Assembly (NCBI GenBank): GCA_002269645.1
Contig: NIVC01000022.1
Coordinates: forward strand, 62,001-126,000
DNA from: Macrostomum lignano
Lineage: Eukaryota
Direction of reading: 5' to 3'
Length of the DNA: 64,000 bases
Part shown: piece after piece, positions 54,001 through 64,000 of the stretch
Numbering within the stretch: position 1 is the first letter of the stretch
Layout: each line of letters opens with the position of its first letter
Notes under the pieces: generated by a model
Databases searched by the model: none
Seen by the model: only the letters and a program-made list of their open reading frames with translations
What the model was told of the DNA's origin: nothing
Program-made: the position numbers and the translations under genes

Positions 54001-57000
54001 GAGGATCTGAAAGGCCCAGCAACTGAAAATCTGGGAGGCTGGCCCAGCAACTGAAAATCTGGGAGGCTGGCCCAGCAACTGAGGATCTGGGAGGCCCAGC
54101 AACTGAGGATCTGGGAGGCCCAGCAACTGAGGATCTGGGAGGCCCAGCAACTGAGGATCTGGGAGGCCCAGCAACTGAGGATCTGGGAGGCCCAGCAACT
54201 GAGGATCTGGGAGCCAATCAGCAGCAGCCTCAGTCCGCTTACCTCGGTGGCCTCCGCAGCCGCAGGTTTCTCGCCGAGACATCTCGCATTTTGCTTGGCA
54301 GAGTCGCAGCCGTCTTCTGTACCGTGGCTGCCGCCGCCACCAACAGCGAAACTCGGCAGCCAGTCGAGCACCGCTTGCTCCAGGGCCGCCTCCGGGCTGA
54401 AGCCACCGCCGCCTGAGCCGCCGCCGCTGCTGTCGAGGGCGGCCCGGTGCCACTGGGCCAGGGTGCTCATGGCCACGAAGTTGGCCTGTTTGATGACAGT
54501 AGAGAGGTATCAAACTAACAGAAATAGAGAATACGAGATGCCAGCTCAGCATGGGGATGCCAGCTCAGCACGGGGATGCCAGCTCAGCATGGGGATGCCA
54601 GCTCAGCACGGGGATGCCAGCTCAGCATGAGGATGCCAGCTCAGCACGGGGATGCCAGCTCAGCACGGGGATGCCAGCTCAGCACGGGGATGCCAGCTCA
54701 GCACGGGGATGCCAGCTCAGCATGAGGATGCCAGCTCAGCACGGGGACGCCAGCCCAGCAATTCCATCCCTAGCAACCAAGGGTCTCACCTCGAACTGAC
54801 AGTTGGGGTTGGTGAGTATTCCGCCCAGCAAAGGCGCCAAGTCGAGGCCGCGGCCACTGAAGGGGCCCAGGAACAGGCGTGACATGTCATAGTCATTGGC
54901 GTGCAGGTTGTCCCAGATCACCGGCTTGCGCTTCAGGGCCTCGCCGACCTGCATCCAGGATCAGGGAAATTGTCATTACAATTTTGACTCATTCAGCATT
55001 TATAAAAATACGAAAGTTTGCTAATTTTTATCCTACTATTCGTAATAGTAGAATTATAAGAAACATATAAGAAAATTAGGTAATAAAAACAAGCAATATC
55101 GAATGCTCTGAACGAACCTCTTTGATGGACTCAGCCGTGATGGTCTTGGACACGACCCTGGGCCCGGTCCACATCACCTGAATCTCGGGCGCCAGCTTTG
55201 CGCCCACGGTTGCCAGGTAGGACGACTCGGAGACGCAGGGCCGAGCCCTGCTGCCGCAGTACTCGGTGGGGCAGAACAGGAAGGTGGCCGGGCGGCCCAG
55301 GTGCTCGAAGGCTGCGTTGGTCACGGCGCACTGAAACGAAAGCAAGTGCACACATTTTAAGGGGGCTTGTAGCCTAGTGGTTAGAGCGTCGGACTCACGA
55401 CTTGAAGGTCGGGGGTTCGATTCCCGATCCCACTGGAACAATTTGTGTCCTTGAGCAAGGCACTTAACTCTGCATTTCTTCAGTTCATCCAGCTGTAAAA
55501 TGGGTGCCAGCATTAGCTGGGGTAATTGAGGGTGTGTGTGGCGACCCCCCAATCCTTGGACTGAACAGCCGTACGCAGCCATCAGATGCGCGCACAATAG
55601 CTGCGGCTGAGCTGTCGGTTGCACATCTGCCCATTAGGGCAGGCGTACTCAATAATTGATTATTATATGAATATTATAATTATTTAATACTACACATTTA
55701 TTACATGAACACGGTCATTTAGAGTTTAATACAGAGCTAATGCAGGTTGCCATGGAAACTCCTCAGACACAAATGATGCACGACTATTGTGCAACGAGTG
55801 ACGGACAGAAAGACAAAGACAGACAGACAGACACTAAGTCAGAGACTATTATTGCCAAGACGTTGCTAAGCGGTTTCCATGGCAACCATATTTGCAAAGC
55901 AAAGCGCAGTTTAACAGCAGCCGGGTGTCACCTGCGCCTCGGCGGGCGATTTGAACGACGACCTGTCGGGGCCGCGCAGCCGCGGCTCGATGTCGTCGAA
56001 CAGCAGCGCGAAGGCCCGGCAGCCGAGGTCGCGCACCTGGCCGAGCTTGCGCAGCAACAGCGGCACCTGGCGAGAGTACATCATGTCCAGGCCGGGAGAC
56101 AGCGCATAGATGAAGGTCACGCCTGCGGCCTCCGCTGCCTGGATGAGCGACCGCAGCTTCTCTGAAGATGAGATTGACAAAGTTCCCATCATTCCATCAG
56201 CCTACATCTTCTACCTATAGGATCAGGGATCCTCCAGGTCCCTGTATCTAGAGGTCCTTGATCCTTCAGGTCCCTGATCCTTCAGGTCCCTGATCCTTCA
56301 GGTCCCTGATCCTTCAGGTCCCTGATCCTTCAGGTCCCTGATCCTTCAGGTCCCTGATCCTTCAGGTCCCTGATCCTTCAGGTCCCTGATCCTTCAGGTC
56401 CCTGATCCTTCAGGTCCCTGATCCTTCAGGTCCCTGATCCTTCAGGTCCTTGATCCTTCAGGTCCCCGATCCTTCAGGTCCCTGATCCTTCAGGTCCCTG
56501 ATCCTTCAGGTCCCTGATCCTTCAGGTCCCTGATCCTTCAGGTCCCTGATCCTTCAGGTCCCTGATCCTTCAGGTCCCTGATCCTTCAGGTCCTTGATCC
56601 TTCAGGTCCCTGATCCTTCAGGTCCCTGATCCTTCAGGTCCTTGATCCTTCAGGTCCCTGATCCTTCAGGTCCCTGATCCTTCAGGTCCCTGATCCTTCA
56701 GGTCCCTGATCCTTCAGGTCCCTGATCCTTCAGGTCCTTGATCCTTCAGGTCCCCGATCCTTCAGGTCCCTGATCCTTCAGGTCCCTGATCCTTCAGGTC
56801 CCTGATCCTTCAGGTCCCTGATCCTTCAGGTCCCTGATCCTTCAGGTCCCTGATCCTTCAGGTCCCTGATCCTTCAGGTCCTTGATCCTTCAGGTCCCTG
56901 ATCCTTCAGGTCCCTGATCCTTCAGGTCCTTGATCCTTCAGGTCCCTGATCCTTCAGGTCCCTGATCCTTCAGGTCCCTGATCCTTCAGGTCCCTGATCC

Positions 57001-60000
57001 TTCAGGTCCCTGATCCTTCAGGTCCCTGATCCTTCAGGTCCCTGATCCTTCAGGTCCCTGATCCTTCAGGTCCCTGATCCTTCAGGTCCCTGATCCTTCA
57101 GGACCTTGGTAATTGGTCCTTCACCCTAAGGATCCTTTAGCTTTTTTATGTCAGCTAGGCAGGCTAGACTAGACTCCCAGTCCTTCCACCGCTGCTCACC
57201 AGTTTCCTTGGCAGTGTACAGCAGGCGCCAGTCGCACCTGTGCTTGCTGTCATCTTTAGGCGCATACATATAAGCATTGAGCTGCATGGCCTGCATTCGT
57301 TGGAACAGACAGCGCCTCTCGCTGCCAGACCAGGGTCGCCCATAGAAGCCTGATTGAGCGAGTGAATAAAACAGTTAAATTGTGTTCAATAATACTAATC
57401 TCTCCAATTATGCAATTGGAATTATAATTATTAATTTTTTCAACACTAATAATATATTTTGCCCATCAGGTACAATAATCATTTTGGCCTAAACATGACT
57501 CAATAAATATTTATATCAAACCAATATTACTTATATAGCTTTTTTATCCCTTATCTATTGATAAGCTAAAGATAAGTTTAATTCAACCAAAATAGCCAAA
57601 ACCTTTGCAAAATTACTTTTAAAAAGTCAGCCTTATGCCTAAAATGCACAAGGGGACTACAATTTTTTCATAATTTTTTTTGCTATAGCCAATGTCCTTA
57701 ATTCTTCATTCTATTAGACATAGTTTATTATATCAAATGTTGTTTTGTGACTGCAGCAACAAAGCTAGGCCTAAAAAGGTAAAGATAATAAGAGAAACAA
57801 TGAGTATATCTTAGATAGAAGGTTTCCAAGATTATTACTCTAAATAGTTTTATTGTTTATTTTAGCTTATCATAGAATGACAATCTCAAACATCCTATTT
57901 TATTTTTGACTCATATCTAAGACCTACTATTACATTATACATTGGGAAAAGGACTGGATGTCCCTCACATGTGTGTCTCGCTTTTATAAATGTTTGGGAA
58001 ACCTAGCTTTAATAGGCTTATGAATGTACAGTGATTTGGAAAAACTTTTTTATAGCCTTCTCTGTACCCCTATGCGTGAAGAGGCTACATAGAGCCATGA
58101 CAGTTTAGCGAGATTTAAACCACTGTCCTTTGTATAAACAAGTCTGCAGCAGTTTAACAGTGGATGGCAAATCAAGGCGATGCAGGATGGTTTGTAAAAA
58201 TAAGTGAAAAATTAATGAATAACCAATTACAATGCAATCCTACTAAGTTTGTTATACCATGAAAATTTTAACATTAAGTTTCATATAAAGGTACCTTAAA
58301 ATTTAAATGCCCCCCTTAAGAATGCATATTTCCTTGATTGTTAGATTGCTGCAAACTGTGGTGGAGCTAGAGATACACAAACTCCTCTCAGGGCTGCTAA
58401 TTGACCAGAAAGATGTCCTGATTAAAGCATGAGAAATTATATGTTGCTACAAATTTGAGCACTGATTGAATTTAAAAAAATTTACATGAAGTAAAGACTA
58501 TAGCAAAAGGTGCAAAAATGCTTATTTTCTTAGCTTAAAATATAAATTTTATGTTTTACTACGGCAAGGTTTTAAAAACTATTATATTATACAGTTTTTT
58601 ATACTTAAATTACAGAAAAAACATGACAAAGATACATTATAAATTTTGTTTTTAACAAGCATTCTGATGTAATTAAGTACCATATAATGTACTAGGCAAA
58701 AATATTATAATGACTACAAGTATTGTAAATGGTAATAATATAACCAAGCTCATAAATTTACAAATTTACTTTTTGTGAACTTGTGAATATGTATAGTAAT
58801 ATACAACAATATGACCAACATGTATAATGGTATGACATGTACAATTAAGGGCCCTTACAAAAATAAATGATATTTGAGGTGTACTACTACTAGCCTCAGT
58901 GTACAATGGGAATTTTAGTAGGCGTATGACACATTTAATTTTTCTAGATTTCAATTTGACTTTTATGTCCTTTGTTTTTTTTATAAATTAATACCTTCGC
59001 AAGTTAAATTTAGCAATAAAATAATTTAAAGCAGATAATAAAATATTTCTTCAAAAATTTCTCAATTTAGGAATTGAAAAAATGTTTAGTATGTTGCATT
59101 GGCTCTGTATTTTATAATGACCTTTGATCCAGGTTGCAAATGATATGCATACATGCCAGAACTTTTCTGGCGTACAAAACGGCCACCCTAAGTCTTTGGT
59201 GTACACAATTGGCATACACAACCCCTGGTGAACTTTGTTGGTGTACACTATTGGCATATACAAGTAACACAGCCACACATACTTTTTAGTGTACAAATTT
59301 TGGTGAATAAATTCATGCCATGCATGAAAATTGTAATGTAAGTTAATGTTTTTACATAAAATAACAGAAAATTTGTATTGTCAATGATAAAATTTTTGCT
59401 TCTTTGAAATTAACAAAGAATAAAATTTGTGTAAATTTTTGCCAAGAATATCAATATTGCGCCTTATTTTTTGTTGGTATAATTTAAGTTTGTTTAAATT
59501 GAAAATATTCATAGGCCCTAATATTTTAAAAACTTTTTTATACAAAAGCCTTTTTTAGAAAACTCTACTCAACGTGAAAACCCTATTACCTTTTTTAGGA
59601 ATTTTTCGCGTACATTTTAGCGCAATGTTTTGTTTTTGGCGTACATTGGCATACAAAGTCTCTGATGCCTAAATTTGGTCCAGCGTACACAGATACATGA
59701 TCCGCATACTGGCCTTTGATGCTAAACCACTTAAGGCCTAAAACTTACCTTTTTGTTTAATTTCAAAAATACAATACCTTTCTTTATGAATACTACAGTT
59801 TTTTAATAAGCTTTTTATAGAAAAGGATAACACAGTTTGTTATTAGACCAATAAAAGCCATACTTAATTTAATTCTAAATATATTTAGGCCTATTTATTT
59901 ATATCCAAAACTTTCTTTCTACCAAAAACCTTTTCTCATTTTAAAATTCACTCATTTTCAAACATTGCTAGTCAATAAAAAGATAGACCTATGAAGATTA

Positions 60001-60233
60001 CCTTGAAACTAATATAGGTTTATCTAAAAAATTTATTCTCCCAAGCAAATTTTACAAATCTCAATACTGACAATATTACAGGCCCAAATGATTTTGATAA
60101 AAATGGACTTTATAGTCTTTTTTAAAATTTGTAAAGCAAGAAGAGGCAAAATGACTTTAAGAGAGTCACTTAATTTACCTTCAATGACACCACACAAGAA
60201 AGTGTTGCTAACCGTTGGTGTTGCCAATGCCAT
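51069..60233 (-). CDS. OGA: O-GlcNAcase (GH84) with degenerate C-terminal HAT-like domain, 9 exons, ~726 aa
   Basis: Exons 60233-60179, 57349-57200, 56161-55932, 55330-55118, 54948-54790, 54485-54243, 52971-52551, 52109-51751, 51419-51069; phases consistent. Motifs: [27 protein letters not shown] (catalytic DD), [57 protein letters not shown], terminal LGRSL. Confidence 0.9.
51465..51730. repeat. 22-bp minisatellite, OGA intron 8 (ATGTACATTCGACACCATCACT)
   Basis: Period 22. Confidence 0.95.
52170..52505. repeat. 22-bp minisatellite, OGA intron 7 (AGTCCACTCCAATCCCCATGTC)
   Basis: Period 22 (52201 vs 52223). Confidence 0.95.
53050..54215 (-). repeat. 28-bp satellite family A, locus 3, OGA intron 6, with a 24-bp derivative at one end
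   Basis: Reverse complement of the 12125 and 20195 unit; 308-bp higher-order duplication. Confidence 0.95.
54535..54755. repeat. 19-bp minisatellite, OGA intron 5 (GCTCAGCACGGGGATGCCA)
   Basis: Period 19 (54601 vs 54620). Confidence 0.95.
55361..55660 (+). mobile_element. tRNA-derived CORE-type SINE, copy 2 (OGA intron 3)
   Basis: GGGGGCTTGTAGCCTAGTGG (A box), GGTTCGATTCC (B box), CORE-like TGTGTCCTTGAGCAAGGCACTTAAC..CTGTAAAATGGG, 3' stem-loop CTGCCCATTAGGGCAG, AT-rich tail. Confidence 0.82.
55745..55887. mobile_element. Small inverted-repeat element with X-box termini and internal GACA microsatellite
   Basis: GGTTGCCATGGAAAC (55745) and its exact reverse complement GTTTCCATGGCAACC (55873) flank GACGGACAGAAAGACAAAGACAGACAGACAGAC. 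Confidence 0.55.
56240..57105. repeat. 16-bp minisatellite, OGA intron 2 (TGATCCTTCAGGTCCC)
   Basis: Period 16, more than 50 copies. Confidence 0.95.
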
Positions 60234-61427
60234 CTAGTAAAATCAATAGAAAATATCAAAAATAAATAGTAAATACCGGGCGTCACCTATTTATCAAATT
60301 AAATTAAGCTAGTTGTGGTAAGAGTAATCGTAATTATTTTACAGAGTCTACGGTTGATTTGTTTAGATTAATTCTAGATATATCTATTTTTGATATAGCT
60401 ATACTCTAACAGTATAAGTCGAAAAGATTAGTGACCGACCGACCAAAAATTAAATGTCAAAGAAATATTAAATTGAAAACGAAAATCAACACGTGCTAAG
60501 AATTCATAATAAAATGATTTGTTATCAACTTTGACAATTTTTTTTATATTAGAAACTTTAATAAACTTATATTGTGCCTTTTGGAACTTATTTGCAGACA
60601 TAAGATGGGTCAATGTTTTAACCTTTGTTTTAAAAGCTTGACGGTTTACCAAAAAGCAACTCCGCCACGAATATTACTGTCTATCCACATCGACATCGAC
60701 ATTAGAGCAGCCACATCGACAAATCTGCCCCTTTTGTAACAGAATAGCGGGTACTAATAGGTTTTTATTTAAATAGCTGAGATTTTGTATGTTTTTGGCA
60801 ACTCTGTCCGGCATGAGTACTGCAAATAATTGCTATTCAATGTATGTATATTGTGTAGTAATACCTTAAACATATGTACGAGTATATATATACTTTAAGC
60901 AATGCAATCGCTATTTTTCAGTCTAAGAGCATCGCCGAAGGCTGCCCGAAGGCCGCTCGAGAGGCCAGTCTGTACAATTAGGTAAAAAGTTTTACAGCCT
61001 CACCTCCAGCTCTGCTCAATTCAATTAGGGTGACGTGCGCGCAGGGGGGATTGCTTCCTCCTGATTGCTCCTCTCGATCGATCAACTTTCTCTGAGCGCA
61101 TCAGTCATACCTCTTAATTTGCTCTGGAGGCGCCACAATGTCATCTGTGTGTACGCGCCAACCGCGCCAAGCACATTGACAAATCCGTAATTGCAGAGCT
61201 CAATTCTGCATGCTACCAAACTTACACATAAATACTCTCCTTGATCAGCCAGCTTCCCGAGACCTCATCATCGTCCCATACTTCTTGCATGTCTACCAGA
61301 GGGCGTCCTGTTGTTTTTAGACTTGGATCGGCGATGAATGCCAGACTAAGCATGGCGCAGCACTAAAAATGGCCTGCGTCATGGCTGATCCCAAACAACC
61401 TGTGGCTGCATGCATGGTAGTCGAGTA

Positions 61428-62778
61428 CGGGTTGTCAGAAAACTTCTGTGTATATTGTAATAACTTGAGAACGATAAACAATAGAAACATGAAAAGTTAC
61501 AAATGTCTTCCTTAACATCTATTCACTCAAAGTATGAGCCCTCAGCTTCAATGCACGTCTCCAAACGCCGCTCCAGCCCGTCAATGCCTGCAGTCATGCC
61601 ATTATTCGTCACGGCGGCAATGCCAGCCTTGTAGGCCCGATTCACGTCTTCCTCTGCGCTGAAACGCTGGCCCCGCATCGACTCCTTGATGCGAGGGAAG
61701 AGGAAAAAGTCACATGGACTTAAGTCCGCGGAATAAGGCGGATGCGGAAGAATTTCCCACCCCCACGACTCGATCGTAGCCAGCACGCTTTGCTTTCGGT
61801 GCGGGGCTGCGTTGTCGTGAAGCAGAATCGGGCCAGCCGCGTGAAGTGCAGGCCTTTTGTCCCGAATGGCACGCCGAACTTTCACCAGAACCGACAGGTA
61901 GAAATCACCATTGACCGTCTGCCCCACTGGCACAGGCTGATTGAACAACAGACCCTCCGGGTCGAAGAAAGTCATGTGCATGACCTTCAACTGGCCGATG
62001 CTCCGGATGGCCTTTTGAGGTCGCGGAGAACCTGGCCTGCACCATGTGGCACTCTGCCGCTTCAACTCCGCCTCCCAAGAATGCGCCCAGGTTTCGTCGC
62101 AGGCAACGATTCTCTGCAGGAACGCCATGCCCTCCCGCCGACACCGCTGCAGGTTGGATGCGCACATGGCGACCCACCGAGCCCGCTGATCGTCAGTGAG
62201 CAGATGCGGCACCCACTTGGCACAGACCTTGCGCATCCCAAGGTCCTCGGTCAGGATCTTGTGGACTGAGTCGTGGGACACCCCTATGGCATCAGCCATG
62301 CAGCTGCCTGGTGGTCAGTCTCCGGTCCTGCAGCACGCGGCTGCCTCCACCTGACTCACCAGGCTGTCAGTCCGAGCACTCGTTGGTTGGTCGTCCACTG
62401 CGTGGCTTGTCGTCGAGGTCTTCTTTGCCGTTGCGAATGGCAATAGCCCATAGCGGCGAATCGTCTCATAAGATGGGCAAAATTCTCCTATGGTCTGGCC
62501 GCATCTCTTCGAAAATCTCGGTTTGCTGAACGCCCTGAAGGACATGAAACTTGATGATCGCTCGATTGTCGCGTTTAGAAAAACTCTCTCGCGGGACGGA
62601 ATGCGCCATGGGTGTGGTTGAAAAATTACTGCTACACAGGCTAGAAATGATCTGGTGCTCTAAAAACTGAAGCTAGCGACTCTTTATATATGTATATATC
62701 TATGGCTAAAACCCCAATTCTTCAGCTATTCATAGAGCTGAGCTATTCTCTAATACAGAACTTTTCTGACAACCCTCA
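61428..62778 (-). mobile_element. Full-length mariner (DD34D) element with TA TSD; N-terminal frameshifts
   Basis: TIRs CG-GGTTGTCAGAAAAC.. and ..TTTTCTGACAACCCTCA, TA on both sides. ORF 61523-62299 has WVPHLL, CDETW, HDNA-34 aa-D (YSADLSPCDF). The N-terminal HTH part (about 62300-62610) is broken by frameshifts. Confidence 0.92.
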
Positions 62779-63619
62779 TAAACTGCCATATAGTTGTCGA
62801 AGTGGCGAGAGCTTCTTGACTTTGCGCTGTAAATTTTGTTTTTCCATGGCACTCATTATTGCCATTATTTAGACCTTGTACTTCGTGTTCATGTACATGT
62901 AGGAGGCGTAAATGAATAAAATTATTGCTTGCGTATATTGATCTGTATAGCAGCTACAATTTCAAGCCAATAGGAGAGCAACGATGCAAATTCATTCGCG
63001 GGGGGAATCAAGCATGTGGTATGCTTAAGCCCAGAGAATATTTAAACTATGCGCTACTAAATGGGTGGGTATTGCCTAATGACAGACAGAAATTTGTCAA
63101 ACGATGAAGAGTCGAAACTCCAAATGGTGGGGGATTTAAGCTACGAAAGACAAAATAAAACAAAAAACTATGCTTCGCAGACTTGATGAGGCTTGGAGAC
63201 TGGCTGAAATTATGGATCCCTTCTCTGCGCGGGGTGAGCGGCCGGCCCTCTATCCCCCCGGCCTTTCCACACCCGCTCCATTATCCAAAGCGTCCTTGGC
63301 AACCAGGCTGTCTAAATTCTCAACTAGGCTGGCCACATGAGCTCAGGCTTCAGCAACAGGCACCATCCCTCCTGCCGCTGTGCCCCAGTAACCACTCAGT
63401 GATGGCTGGGGTTGGCTTGCCTTCACCTGCCCTCTTCTGGCTGGGAGCGATGGAAGACTGCAGGAACAAACAGACAGGCAAATCAACAGTCAGCCTACAC
63501 TGGATGCACGGCAGGCCCCCAAACCGGCTGTGCTGCAGTCTGCGTTTTTTTGCATTGCAATTTATCCTAAGTCATCCTGCTCACGGACCCAATCAAGGCA
63601 CTACTGTCACCGCATTGCT

Positions 63620-64000
63620 TTGTTCACCAATTTCGGCGCCTCTTTCACCAATTCTGGCGGCATCTCTTTCACCAATTCTGACGGCGTCTCTTTCACCAAT
63701 TCTGACGGCGTCTCTTTCACCAATTCTGACGGCGTCTCTTTCACCAATTCTGGCACCTCTTTCACCAATGCTGGCGCCTCTTTCACCAATTTTGGCGCCT
63801 CTTTCACCAATTCTGGCGCCTCTTTCACCAATTCTGACGGCGTCTCTTTCACCAATTCTGGCACCTCTTTCACCAATGCTGGCGCCTCTTTCACCAATTT
63901 TGGCGCCTCTTTCACCAATTCTGGCGCCTCTTTCACCAATTCTGACGGCGTCTCTTTCACCAATTCTGGCACCTCTTTCACCAATTCTGGCGCCTCTTTC
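63620..64000 (-). repeat. 21/24-bp in-frame minisatellite (VKEAPEL/VKETPSEL), runs off the window
   Basis: All units are multiples of 3 and one minus-strand frame is open (ORF 63607-63984); coding status unknown. Confidence 0.85.

Noticed and set aside
55361-55435. tRNA gene (Val-CAC-like loop); also 1500-1571 on the minus strand
   Set aside because: Anticodon and acceptor stems pair poorly, the two copies disagree in the anticodon loop, and both continue into a shared SINE body.

Overview
Eukaryotic (invertebrate animal) genomic DNA. The style (very GC-rich exons, minisatellite-filled introns, splice acceptors directly ahead of start codons) suggests a free-living flatworm such as Macrostomum; this is inference, not an identification. 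I reconstructed eight protein-coding genes by hand from GT-AG boundaries and reading phase. Plus strand, head-to-tail: KIF4-like chromokinesin (826-10774), CEP131/AZI1 (12773-19114), ADAP/centaurin-alpha (20749-24201), cyclophilin B (26541-31179), then two intronless secreted Gly/Tyr-rich paralogues with their own TATA boxes (34072-34593, 36877-37212). Minus strand: SMAP-type ArfGAP (41219-38175) and O-GlcNAcase (60233-51069). About 19 of 28 introns hold a tandem array, each with its own unit (4-50 bp). AT-rich blocks carry DNA-transposon relics (mariner, Tc1, P/THAP, Merlin, hAT-like and other MITEs) and two copies of a tRNA-derived CORE-type SINE. Main leads: (1) CEP131's first conserved exon has no ATG and may get its start codon from a trans-spliced leader, inside a possible operon; (2) old transposons show C-to-T erosion at CpG and apparently CpA while gene bodies stay CpG-rich; (3) the intron-by-intron minisatellites, including one 28-bp family at three loci; (4) the Gly/Tyr triblock protein pair. 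All gene models are manual and unverified by transcripts.
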